The notes beneath the pieces are model-generated. The model had not been told where the DNA came from. It saw only the letters and a list, made by a program, of their open reading frames with translations, and made no database searches. A stretch of 64,000 nt of DNA. Origin: Ranitomeya imitator. Its lineage: Eukaryota. How positions within the stretch are numbered: position 1 is the stretch's first letter; the number at the start of each line of letters is the position of its first letter. This document shows positions 10,078 to 22,608 of the stretch, one piece after another. The position numbers and the translations under genes were made by a program. The stretch spans positions 530,410,001-530,474,000 of the forward strand of contig NC_091283.1 in assembly GCF_032444005.1 (NCBI RefSeq), written 5' to 3'.

Positions 10078-13000
10078 TATATTGCCCAGCCACGTAGTAT
10101 ATTGCCCAGCCATGTAGTATATTGCCCAACCACGTAGTATATTGCCCAGCCACATAGTATATTGCTCAGCCACGTAGTATATTGCCCAGTCATGTAGTAT
10201 ATTGCCCAGTCATGTAGTATATTGCACAGCGACGGAGTATACAGCACAGAGCCATGTAGAATACAGACTTAAAATAAAAAATAAACATATAGTCACCCTC
10301 CGTTGAAGTCCTGGCCCTGCGTGCGGTGCACCCGGCAGCTTCCGGTCCCAGGGTTGGTATGGGCGCAGGACCTGTGACGACGTCACGGTCACATGACCGT
10401 GAGGTCATGGCAGGTCTTTCTCGCAGGACCTGTGATGATGTCGCGGTCACATGACCATGACGTCATGGCAGGTCATTGTCGCATACCATCTTCGCCACCG
10501 GAACCTGCCGCTTGCATGGACTGGTCACCGGAGCGTCGCGAGGAGCGGGAAAGGCGCGGGAATGTGAGTATATGATGATTATTTTTTAATTATTTTTATC
10601 ATTAGATCTTTTTACTATTGAGGCTGCATAGGCAGATCCAATAGTAAAAAAGTTGGTCACACAGAGTTAATAGCAGTGTTAATGGAGTGCGTTACACCGC
10701 GGCATAACATGGTCCATTAGCGCTGCCATTAACCCTGTGTGAGCGTTGACTGGAGGGGAGTACGGAGCGGGCACTGACTGCGGGGAGGATGGAGCGGCCA
10801 TGTTGCCGCCAGACTGCGCCTGTTGCTGATTGGTCGCGGCAATGGTCATGGGCGTTTTGCCACGACCAATCAGCGACTTGGATTCCATGACAGACAGAGG
10901 CCGTGACCAATGAATATCCGTGACAGACAGAAGGACAGACAGAAAGATGGAAGTGACCCTTAGACAATTATATAGTAGATGATTACCACAGTCCTAGGAT
11001 ATTAGCATTTCTATCTTACACTACGCCTGTGTGTATATTTTTGTCTTAAGTAAACGTGTAGAGGAAACAGTTGCCAGAATTTTGCCAACAGGAGTGGAAT
11101 ATTACGCCGTTCCGATTATTACATCAGCGCATATGGTGCTTGTTTAGGGCAAAAGTTAATTATTTTTTTAAGAAAGTGTAGGACTTCTCCATCCTTTTTC
11201 ATTTTTCGTAATCCAACATAAGAGAAAGTCATGCATGACTGATGTACTAAAATAGGCTATTTGGGTCCTGTCCATAACCAAAAGTGGTCAGGAACATTTC
11301 ATTCTCCTAAATATATGAAGTGCGTATTACTGCCAATGCTTGTAAAGTAGAGGGTGACCAGCTGCCAGTTGTATAAGTTAATGCAATTGCTACTTTCAGA
11401 TTATCCAAGAGTTCCAACAATTTTGGACAGGGTGCTGTTATATGGCACTGCTTCCAGTTAATGGCTCACCTTCCATTTGTTCATCTGTTTGTGCATCTGT
11501 TTTATATTTTAAGTTGTTTGCTAAAAAGAGAAAACCTATATATTGGAAAAAGCTGCGTTGCCATATGAAGCATGAGAATTTCATTTGTATTGTCTTCTGT
11601 TTGAGCTCCTGCTGCCTTCATAAATTTCAGCAAAATCAACCACACCTAGGATTTCAAAGCCAGGACTTAAAGCTGCAGATGCTTATCTTCTGGGAAGAAG
11701 TATTAAAGAAGGAGGAGAGCATGGCTTTAAATCTCTTGCTTTAAATCTATTCACAAAGTGTTTTTTTCCTTATAATTGTATCCATGGTACAGTTTTATGT
11801 TGTCTTTACTGTTGCTAGCAAAAAGTTAATATATAGAATTAGAGTTTAGTGACTTTTACTTTTTTAGGATCGAGTCGGGTTTCCTGAAAGGCCGGGTCGG
11901 GTGAAATCGGCTGATTATTGCGAAAATTCGGGGGTTCGGACGAAACACGAAACCCAATGCAAGTCAATGGGTAATCAAAGCCGGCAGTGAGTGGAGGACA
12001 GGAAAACACCTACAGTGCCCATTTTAATGCCAAAAACATCAATTCGTATTTCTTAAGCTTGTCAATCTTAATATACTTTATAATAATAGTTAAGCATTGA
12101 AAACAGGGGCTCATTTGGCTAAAGTTGTGGGGGGTAGGGCTGGCTCAAGATTTTTGTGGGCCCAGGAAACGTGGAATACGTCACGGCGGTGGAGCAGGGA
12201 GAGGTAAGTATTTCAACTTTGCAAGTGCTGCGATCCTGAGCAAGCAGGAGGGGCCCACTAGTTGGCACTGGCACAGGGCCCCTCATAGTACGGCGGTGTG
12301 TTTGACGGCGGGCGGCACCTCCCACTGGCAGAGACACTTTTGCGTACTATGAGGGGCCCTATGCCAGTGCCAACGAAGATGCCCCCCCACCTGATGAAGA
12401 AACCTGCACTTTCATCTGCGCCTTCCTCTTTGTCCCCGTGTAAGGTGGTATAGTATGCGGGAAGGGGAACCTGACTTTCAGTAGGGTCAGATTCTGGCTG
12501 TGTAGAGTGTAAGGGGAATGTAGTGGTCTGGGTCAATGTACCATTAGACACGTCCACAAAACACCAAACACTGTATGCTTATACCCGTGCTATAATCAGC
12601 AATTATACACTATAATGGTTCTATATCAGTGACTAGTGCTCTGTGGAAATAATGTGGACCAGACCACTGACAAGGGAAAGGGGCAACCACAACCAAAATA
12701 TAGATAAATACCAGATAGGACACCAAGCAAGGAGTAGGTATAAAATGCCTTTATTATGTATAGTTGGCAAATATATGTATTTATTAATAATAACAATTTG
12801 TGCGCACAACAGGACACGACCGGGCATGCGCACCACCAAGGGCCGCGTCTAGAGTAAGTAAACAAGAAACTACCAGCCGCAGCCGCAACAGCTAAAGGAT
12901 GACAATATTAACTGCTTGTGGGCCAGATGACATGAACAGATGGTAAAAAGTGGACATAACTGCCCCTATGTAAAAAAATAGTCCATCGCAGTAGATGCTA

Positions 13001-13117
13001 ATTTAACACTGTGGGGAAAATCTAAGTAATTACTAAGAGGAATTAACCCCACATGTCAAGATGGACCGTTGCAGCAATACTTCCAAAAGGAAAGGAAAAA
13101 GAATGGTCTAAATACGA

Positions 13118-13260
13118 NNNNNNNNNNNNNNNNNNNNNNNNNNNNNNNNNNNNNNNNNNNNNNNNNNNNNNNNNNNNNNNNNNNNNNNNNNNNNNNNNNN
13201 NNNNNNNNNNNNNNNNNNNNNNNNNNNNNNNNNNNNNNNNNNNNNNNNNNNNNNNNNNNN
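13118..13260. other. Assembly gap (143 N)
   Basis: Run of n. Confidence 1.
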
Positions 13261-13591
13261 AGGAGACCTATACAGCATATGCACGCATAATTACAACAGG
13301 TATGCTATACAATAATGCACAGTCTTTCAAAATACGATGAGGCACACCTATAAAATGAAACAAAAATACATTTTTGCATTCTGCATACATGTACGTATAT
13401 TTAATATATCATATGCAATTTTTCTACAGGAAAAGATGTCCAGTCCGATTTGGAATAGGCTCCCCTCCTCCAACCAAGATACTCCCGTCCAAGCAAACGA
13501 CACATCAGTGCAGCAGCAAGGAACCAAAAAGAAGTGCATGATCAGGTAAGTAGACCACTAAAAATAAATATAAAATATATATTATTTAAAA

Positions 13592-13624
13592 TTGAGAAAG
13601 GTCCACACCTTGGACTGAAACGTC
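13592..13624 (+). ncRNA. Minimal hammerhead-like motif, U3-A8 core, stem I not evident
   Basis: TTGAGAA-A-GGTCCA(cacct)TGGACT-GAAAC-GTC, followed by AATAAA. Confidence 0.45.
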
Positions 13625-13767
13625 GCACATGGGCCAATAAAATACTCTTATTTTTTCTACTGGAGTGCTGCCTTCATCTTTCTGGACAATAGCATGAGGT
13701 TTGGTATATACCTGGAAGGATTTTTTGCACCCTCTGTCTTCTTTTGGTGCTGCTTTTTGTTTTCTTT

Positions 13768-13809
<42 letters not shown>

Positions 13810-14326
13810 TAAGATTCCCTTGATATTCAGTCGTATTTAGACCATTCTTTTTCCTTTCCTTTTGGAAGTATTGCTTCAACGGTCCATCTTGACATGTGGG
13901 GTTAATTCCTCTTAGTAATTATTTAGATTTTCCCCACAGTGTTAAATTAGCATCTACTGCGATGGACTATTTTTTTACATAGGGGCAGTTATGTCCACTT
14001 TTTACCATCTGTTCATGTTATCTGGCCCACAAGCAGTTAATATTGTCATCCTTTAGCTGTTGCGGCTGCGGCTGGTAGTTTCTTGTTTACTTACTCTAGA
14101 CGCGGCCCTTGGTGGTGCGCATGCCCGGTCGGCGTGAAGGGGCTCGGCCGCATCGCGTCCTCGTAGCTATGGAGACGTCGGGTACTCTGCCCCCGTACGT
14201 CCGGCTGCGTGACGCGGGTGGCGGAAGTTCTGGAACGAAGGGACCGCGCATGCGCCGCCTACACCCGGCCCGTGGTGCTAGATTAGGGGACTATATATTA
14301 AGCGCCTAGGCGTCTCAATAGCCCCC

Positions 14327-14366
14327 CCCCCTGACGAGGGATTACGATCCGAAATGCGCGTTGGGG
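14327..14366 (+). ncRNA. Minimal type I hammerhead ribozyme motif
   Basis: CCCC-CTGACGA-G-GGAT(tacg)ATCC-GAAA-T-GCGC-GTT-GGGG: canonical CUGANGA/GAAA core, stems I and II pair, C15.2 replaced by T; predicted cleavage after 14362. Confidence 0.75.
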
Positions 14367-15349
14367 TGCGTTACCACAAGGACTTGGCTGACCCTGGTTA
14401 TTTAATTGAAGGTATAGTGTGCTTCTCCATATTAATTACGTTTTGCATCTTGTGGTGGGACTCTTTTTGCTGGATTCTTCCTGCAGCCACATTTGGTGCT
14501 TCAGCAGATCTTTTGCTGACACCAGTGCGCATTCTGTTGCAGGATTGTTTATTTCAGGCTATATATGCCGCCATCTTGTGCACTTTTGTTACTTTGCATT
14601 TGTGCACATTCTATTTAGCACCTTGGTGCTTCAGCAGATTTTTTTGCTGGCACCAGTGTACATTCTGTGACTGGATTGTTTATTTTAGGCTACATATACC
14701 GCCATCTTGTGCACTTTTGTTACTTTGCATTTTTGCACAACTTTATTTAGCACCTTATTTCATATAATCGTGTGTGACTTTTACTTGAATAAATTGCTTA
14801 TTTGCACTTTTTTTGTCACTGTGCACTTTTTATATATTATTATTGATAACTGTCACGTTGCACTTTAGTGCGGTTTTTTCATATATACTATCTTAGGCAT
14901 CCAATTCATTTTTTTAGTTTTTCTTACTTTTTAATATTATCCACTATTATTTTTGGTATCAAATATATTTTTCAGGATATATTATTTTTTTGGGTTATAT
15001 ATTTTTAGGGGTAGCACCTTCTTTTAGACATACAAATATATTTTTGGGTCAGTCCTTACCATCTTCCTTTTTTATATTTTTTTACATATATATACTGTAT
15101 ATATTGCTTTTATATTCATTTGCTTATATCTTTTTTGTCCTGTTGTGCACACAAATTGTTATTATTAATAAATTCATGTATTTGCCAACTATACATAATA
15201 AAGGCATTTTATACCTACTCCTTGCTTGGTGTCCTATCTGGTATTTATCTATATTTTGGTTGTGGTTGCCCCTTTCCCTGGGTCAATGTATCAGCAGACT
15301 CATCTAGCAGTGGCTGGGCAATGGGCCGGATGAGGAGGAAACACAGATA

Positions 15350-15860
15350 TAGGCCCAAATAAGAAAGTAGGTTAAATGCAGTTCAAAATTGGTAACAGGA
15401 CTAAACAGGCGGCATTGCTTTGTTCAGCGGAGGACAACTGTAATGAGGGGCAGACACAGTTAGTAGGCCCAAATAAGAAAGTAGGCTAAATGCAGTTCAA
15501 AATTGCTAACAGGACTAAACTGGCGGCATTGCTTTGTTCAGTGGAGGACAACTGAAATAAGCGGCTCAGACAGTCTTAGTAGGCCTAAAATAAAAAAGTA
15601 GGCTAAATGCAGTTCACAATTGGTAACAGGAGTACATAGGCGGCATTGCTTTGTTCAGTGGAGGACAACTGTAATAAGTGACTCAGACATACTTAGTAGG
15701 CCTAAAATAAAAAAGTAGGCTAAATGCAGTTCACAATTGGTAACAGGAGTACATAGGCGGCATTGCTTAGTTCAGTGGAGGACAACTGTAATGAGTGGCT
15801 GACACAGTTAGTAGGCCAAAATAATAAAGTGGGCTAAATGTCAGCCAAAAAAATGTTCAT
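15350..15860. repeat. About 115-bp tandem array (about 4.5 units) in hAT A 3' region
   Basis: TAGGCC(C/T)AAAATA at 15351, 15464, 15580, 15697, 15812; homologous (reverse complement) to about 43050-43250 of element B. Confidence 0.88.
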
Positions 15861-16445
15861 AAATAAACTGGAGGCATAGCTAGGTACAGGGGTGGGCTCC
15901 TCTGCTGAGTAGCAGACAGTGGTATTTTGCGCAAAGTATTAACTGGTCTAAATGGAGGCCATGGCCCCTGTATATTTTTACTATCATCTATCATTGCAAC
16001 AAATTTGTAATGGCAAGGCCATGTAAGGATTTAGCATCACAGACTACACAGTGGTGGAGCAGGGAGAGGTAAGTATTGCAAGTGGTAGAGCACTGTTCGA
16101 GCAGGGGGGGAGCACTCTCTCGTGGGTGGCGGTACTGGCACAGGACCCCTCATATTACGACGGTGTGTCTGACGTTGGTTGAGCACCACCACCATCAGAG
16201 ACACTTCATTGTACTATGAGGGACCCTGTGCCAGTGCCATCTCCCAAGAGTGGGCACACCCACCTGTCCAGGCAAATGGCACTCGCACGGGTGCTTGCGC
16301 CAAGTGGTGACCACGGCCCTGTGGGGGGAGTCAGCCCATTTAGGGAGGTATAAAAATGTCCTATGGTGGACATTCAGCAGCTGCAAATGGAGGAATTGGA
16401 GCAGTCAGTAAGAGGAAGCCAAAAGCAAGACATTTTTCAGGCAAG

Positions 16446-19400
16446 CTACGTGTCAGCAGGGGAAGATGGGGCAAAATTATTTGAAATCCATGATTGGTTC
16501 ATTTTAATGAAGGTTAGATCATCAATATTCTGGGTAGGCAGACGTGTCCTTTTTTCGGTCAGTATTGAACCAGCAGCACTGAAGACTCTTTCTGATAGCA
16601 CACTATCAGCTGGGCAAGCAAGCTCCTGTAATGCATATTCTGCCAATTCAGGCCAGGTGTCTATTTTAGATTCCCAGTAATCAAAGGGGAATGACCTGTG
16701 AGGGAGAACATCGATAAGGGAGGAAAAATAGTTGGTAACCATACTGGACAAATGCTGTCTCCTGTCACTTTGAATTGATGCAGCAGTGCCTGTCGTGTCA
16801 GCGGTCATTGCGAAATCACTCCAGAACCTGGTCATAAAACCCCTCTGTCCAACGCCACTTTGGATTTGTGCATCTCTAACAGCTCTGCCATGTTGCCCCC
16901 TACAGCTCGTGTGAGAACCATCACTGCATCTGTGTGCTGGGAATGCCTGAACCAAAAGGTCTACAAGAGTTGCTTGTTTGGTAGCCAATATTTGCTCCAG
17001 GTTCTCATGTGGCATGATATTTTGTAATTTTCCTTTATATCGGGGATCTAGTAGGCAGGCCAACCAGTAATCGTCATCGGTCATCATTTTGATAATGTGG
17101 GTGTTCCTTTTTAGGATGAGCAAGGCATACTCTGCCATGTGGGCCAATGTTCCAGGTGTCAATTGACTGCTTGTGCTGGGTTGAGGAGCACTTTCTTGCA
17201 AATCAAATTCACTTGTGGCCCACAACAACCCTGTACCTGACCTTGCAACGCCACCAGTTTCTATTGCCCCCTGAGAAGCATCCTTCTCCCATAAATATTC
17301 ATCCCCATCATCCTCTTCCTTCTCCTCCTCTTCTTCCGCCACCTCGTCCAGGAGAGTTCCCTGTCCAGACAATGGCTGACTGTCATCAAGGCTTCCCTCC
17401 TCCTCGGCTGCAGTCGCCTGCTCCTTGATGTGTGTCAAACTTTGCATCAGCAGACACATTAGTGGGATGTAGGGTTGAGTGACTTTTACTTTTATAGGAT
17501 CGGGTCGGGTTTCACGAAGCCCGACTTTCTCAAAAGTCGGGTTGAGTGAAATCGTCCGATCCTATAGAAAAGTCGAGGTCGGGGTCGGCCGAAACACGAA
17601 ACCCAATGCAGTGCAATGGGATACTATGGTTCCCAGGGTCTGAAGGAGCGGAAACTCTCCTTCAGGCCCTGGGATCCATATTTAAGTGTAAAATAAAGAA
17701 TTAAAATAAAAAATATTGCTATACTTACCCTCTGACGCGCTCTGGTACTAACCGTCAGCCTTCCTTCCTTAGAATCAGCGCGTGAAGGACCTTAGATGAC
17801 GTCGCGGCTTGTGATTGGTCGCACGACCGCCCATGTGACCGCTCACGCGACCAATCACAAGCCGCGACGTCACCGAAGGTCATTCAAGCGCTGATTCTTA
17901 GGAAGGAAGGCTGCCGGAAAGAAGCAGGGCGCGTCCGAGGGTGAGTATATACATAATAGGAATTATGACGCGCCCTGCTTCTTTCCGGCAGCCTTCCTTC
18001 CTAAGAATCAGCGCTTGAATGACCTTCGGTGACGTTGCGGCTTGTGATTGCTCGCGTGAGCGGTCACATGGGCGGTTGCGCGACCAATCACAAGCCGCGA
18101 CGTCATCTAAGGTCCTTCACGCGCTGATTCTAAGGAAGGAAGGCTGCCGGCTAGTACCAGGGCGCGTCAGAGGGTAAGTATAGCAATATTTTTTATTTTA
18201 ATTCTTTATTTTACACTTAAATATGGATTCCGATACCGATTTCCGATATTGCAAACATATCGGAACTCGGTATCGGAATTCTGATACCAGATTCAGAAGA
18301 TCGCTGACCTCATGGCCGACCCCACACAGGGGTTGGGTCGGGTTTCATGAAACCCGACTTTGCCAAAAGTCGGCGACTTCTGAAAATGGCCAACCCGTTT
18401 TGCTCAACCCTAGTGGGATGCTCATGCTTATGATGGCGTCGTCTGCACTTACCAGCCATGTGCATTCATCAAAACACTGAAGGACTTGACAGAGGTCTTG
18501 GAGCTTCGACCACTGGAAACCAGACAACTCCATGTCTGCCATCCAACTGCCTGACCATGTATGTGTATCCTCCCACAAATAAATGACAGCACGCCTCTGT
18601 TCACACAGCCTCTGAAGCATGTGCAGTGTGGAGTTCCACCTTGTTGCAACGTCGATTATTAGGCGGTGCTGGGAAAGATTCAGCGATCGCTGATGGTCCT
18701 CCATACGGCTGGAGTGTACGGGCGACCAGCGGATGTGCGAGCAAAGTCTTCGCACCTTCAGGAGCAGGGCTGGTAACTCCGGATAATTTTTCAGGAAGCA
18801 CTGCACCAGCAGGTTCAAGGTGTGAGCCAGGCAAGGAATGTTTTTCAGTTCTGAAAGGGCTATGGCAGCCATAAAATTCCTTCCGTTATCACTGACTACC
18901 TTGCCTGCCTCAAGATCTACATTGCCCAGCCATGACTGAATTTCTTGCTGCAAGTACTCAGCCAGTACTTCCGCGGTGTGTCTGTTGTCGCCCAAACACT
19001 TCATTTGTAGCACAGCCTGCTAACGCTTACCACTAGCTGTTCCATAATGGGACACCTTGTGTGCAACACTGGCAGCTGCGGATGGAGTGGTCGTGCGACT
19101 GCGCTCTGTGGATAAGCTTTCACTTCTGGAGGAGGAGGGGTGGCAAACGCCTACAGCCAACTGTTTCCTAGACCGTGGGCTAGGCAGAACTGTCCCACTA
19201 TGGCTGTCCCCTGTGGACCCTGCATCCACCACATTAACCCAGTGTGCCATGATGGACACGTAACGTCCCTGGCCATGCCTACTGGTCCATGCATCTGTTG
19301 TCAGGTGCACCTTTCTACTGACTAATTGCCTCAGTGCATGGACAATGCGGTCTTTGACATGCTGGTGGAGGGCTGGGATGGCTTTTCTCGCAAAGAAGTG

Positions 19401-20921
19401 TGGACTGGGTAGGTCATAGCGTGGTACTGCGCAGGCTATCTGGGCTTTGAAAGCTTCGCTTTCAACCAATCAGTAGGGTATCATCTCTAACGAGATTAGT
19501 CTAGCAATGTGGGCGTTCAAACCCTGTGTACGCGGATGACAGGATGAGTACTTTCTTTTCCTAGCGAGAGTCTCTTGTAGGGTGAGCTGGACTGGAGAGC
19601 TGCTTATGGTGGAACTAGCGCTGGGGGTGGTGGACATGGCAGATTGAGAGAGGGTTGGTGATGGTATTCTTGATGTTGGCCTACCTACAGTGTTTCCTAC
19701 CAAGAACCTTGTGATTCCCTGACTGCTTTGGCCTTGCGACGATACCTCCAAATTAGCTGCGGATGGTGTCCTAACCGGGGGGCTTACTGTGAGGGAAGCA
19801 ATGTAGCGTTGCTGACTACCTTCATTCTGAGCAGGTGCACCAACGGTACTGGATGTTTGGTAGTTAGTCCAGGCTTGCAAGTGCATGCTGGTTAAATGTC
19901 TACGCATGCACGTTGTATTTAATCTTTGGAGATTCTTCCCTCTGCTAAAGGTATTTGAGCACTTCTTACAGATAACTTTGCACTGATCATTTGGATCTTG
20001 GTTAAAAAATGCCCACACTGCACTCTTCCTACTATGGATTACCTTTTCAGGCATTGCACGCTGTGCTACTTTCACCGGATGGCCACGGTGTCCTAAAACT
20101 CTTTTTGGATTTGAAAAACATTTTTGGCCAGATACGTGCCTGCCAGATGAAAGCTGTTGCGATGTTGATGCCTGCTGCGGATCATCCTCCTCGGCTTCAG
20201 AGCTACTGGCAGCGGCACCCTCTTCCCCCAATGGCTGCCAATCTGGGTCAACAACTGGGTCATCTTTCACCTCCTCTTCAATGTCATGTGCACCTTCCTC
20301 TGTGTCACCGTGTAAGATGCTATAGCGTTCGTGACGGGGCACCATAGTCTCATCAGGGTCAGATTCTGGCTCAGTACACTGCGAGGGCAATGTAGTGATC
20401 TGAGTCAATGGAACAGCATATTAATCTAGCTGTGGCTGTGCATCTGTGCTCTCCATGTCCGATTCATCTTGTAATGGACTTTTAACAATTTCCTTCTCTA
20501 ACCCAGGCACGGTATGTGTAAAGAGCTCCATGGAGTAAACTGTAGTTTCGCCTGCCGCATCCTTCACTTTTGGTTTGGGTGAAGGACACAAGGAAGCGAC
20601 TTGTTCCTGAGCATCCACTGACGACTCGCTGCTTTTAGATTTCAAACCTTCTGAAGAGGAGGCGAAAGAGCTAGAGGCTGAGTCAGCAAGGAAAGCCAAA
20701 ACTTTAACCTGCTGCTCCGCCTTTAAAACCTGTTTTCCTACTCCCAGATAAGGGAGCCTTCAAGGCCTTGTGTAGCCAGACGATGACGCTGGCTCAACAC
20801 CTCGAGCCTTTGGTGCTATTTTGCTTTTCCCATTACCACCAGATGCTCCACCATCACCAACACCACCATCAGTTCCAGCTGGCAACGCCCGCCCACGGCC
20901 TCTTCCACCAGACTTCCTCAT
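16446..20921 (-). pseudogene. hAT transposase pseudogene of element A (sister subfamily of B)
   Basis: ATG at 20921 (MRKSGGRGRGR); collinear with the 1192-aa ORF: BED finger, TDAW, SDNG, CLAH, TRWNST, SERVFS; four in-frame stops plus MITE insertion, no frameshift seen. Confidence 0.95.
17470..18412 (-). mobile_element. Non-autonomous hAT MITE D (943 bp), same terminal family as A and B
   Basis: TAGGGTTGAGTGA..TTGCTCAACCCTA; TSD GTGGGATG at 17462-17469 and 18413-18420; long internal inverted repeat about 17658-18227. Confidence 0.95.
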
Positions 20922-22608
20922 TTTTGGAAAAATCTAACCAAAACAACAACCGTTATATGGTACTGTGAAACAAGTTAGAAAGTGTATATAAACTTGTGGA
21001 GAATTTTAATCTCCCTTTTATTTGGGGGGGAGAATGCAACAAAACTCAGGCTTAGTGTATTACACTACACAATGTAAGTGGCAGAACGTGGCTGGAAGAT
21101 GTACGACAAACTAACAGAACTATGACGTATATCCACTTAGTGCCAATTTAAATATCCATTTTATTTGGGGGAGACTGCAACAAAAGTCAGGCCCAGTGTA
21201 TTACACTACACAATGTAAGTGGCAGAACTTGGCTGGAACATATATATAAAAATACAAGGGCTGTAGTACAATTTCAATCTCCCTACAATGATCTCAGGAC
21301 AAGTATGGCAGCAATAAAAAAGGACTGTGGAAGCCCACGCGTTCCGACACACAGAGGTGTCTTTCTCAAGGTGAGTATGTTCCTTGTGCGGTATCCGCGC
21401 TATTTAAACCATTTCAATTTTATTTACCTTGGTCTCAGGTGTGAGAAGCCGGAAGTAAGCGCAGTTTCAGCATGTGATATCTTAATCCGGAAGTATAGGA
21501 GCGGGGTTTGATGCGCTTGCGCAGTAAGTCATTGCGCTCTGTCACTACATATGCGCAGGTGCAAGCAGGTCCGGCGGCAAGCCTGTATCTTTCCCCATGC
21601 TAGCGCATAAAAAAGGCTTGCGTCTGCGCACTGGGTACTCTCGTTTTGGAACCCAAACCGGAAGTGTGGATACGAAAATAATTTCTTGATCGTATTCTTG
21701 CGCAGTAAATCATTGCACTCAGTCCCTACGTATGCGCAGGCGCGAGTAGGTCCAGCGGCCAGCCTGTAGCCTTCCCCATACTGGTGCATAATCAACTTGC
21801 GCCCGTTCACTGGGTGCTCTAATTAGAGACCCAGTGTGCTTGCGCAGTAAGTCACTACGCTTTATCACTACATATGTGCAGGCGCAATTGGGTCCGACAG
21901 CAAGCCTATACCTTTACCCATGCTAATAAAAAGACAAAACTTGCATCTGCGCACTGGGTGCTCTAGTTCTTGGGTCCCACCCCAAAAGTATAGATAAGAG
22001 GTTAGCTTCTCCATTGTATTCCTGCACAATACAATCACTTACAGATACAGGTTTTATACCTACAGATGTTCAGTTTGTAGCATACAGGGGCATAGTCTCT
22101 TAGCACTATCGTCTTATTTATGGTAACCATGATCCTAGATCATATTTCTACTAATCTGCAATTTTACTGTTATAGTGGTAAACCCATAGAGATGGGGCAC
22201 ACTAGAATATATTGGCCCTTGTCCCTTTTTGATCCATAGCACTCCGTAACCCCAAATCACCTATTGTATTAACCCGAGCAAACAAACCAGGAAAGTGAGG
22301 AGAAACATTTATTCATGCCTATTACATTTATAGGTCTCTGGACCTCTATAGACTTAAGCACCACTGGGGCGCGAGTAATGCTATCACCCTGATACCGAAA
22401 AAACAAGATATAGTATACAGTCTATAGGATCTTCCTTTCTTCTTGTCTTCATAGTGGATAGCTATTTTCCCAGGTCCCATCAAACCTGTTAAAGGAAGTA
22501 GATCACTGGGAAGAGAAAAAAGAGAAAGAAATGAGTGAGGAAAAGAGGGGTAAAGTTGAATATATGCAGAAACTCTCCACCCATGGTCCAAGAAAGGAAC
22601 TGTGTAGA

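Larger units (their letters stand above)
8718..10228. repeat. 20-bp minisatellite (CACGTAGTATATTGCCCAGC)n split by the mariner insertion
   Basis: About 17 units at 8718-9067 and about 7 units at 10078-10228. Confidence 0.95.
8668..10979 (-). mobile_element. Non-autonomous Helitron
   Basis: Minus strand: 5' A|TCTACTATATAA at 10980/10979; 3' hairpin CCCGAT-N8-ATCGGG (8679-8698), then CTAG|T at 8671-8668/8667; no TSD; internal minisatellite. Confidence 0.88.
12541..15277 (+). mobile_element. Non-coding Penelope-type insertion with 5' inverted arm and 13-bp TSD
   Basis: CTGGGTCAATGTA at 12528-12540 and 15278-15290; 12817-13117 is the reverse complement of 13831-14131, and about 12676-12816 of 15135-15277; hammerhead motifs at 13592 and 14327; contains an N gap. 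Confidence 0.72.

Noticed and set aside
12391-12415. CTGATGA..GAAAC as a hammerhead (also near 43445-43455, minus)
   Set aside because: No stem II between the core boxes; lies in hAT subterminal sequence
14132-15134. Segment absent from the inverted arm as a spliced intron
   Set aside because: Boundaries are not GT-AG; better explained by deletion or template jump
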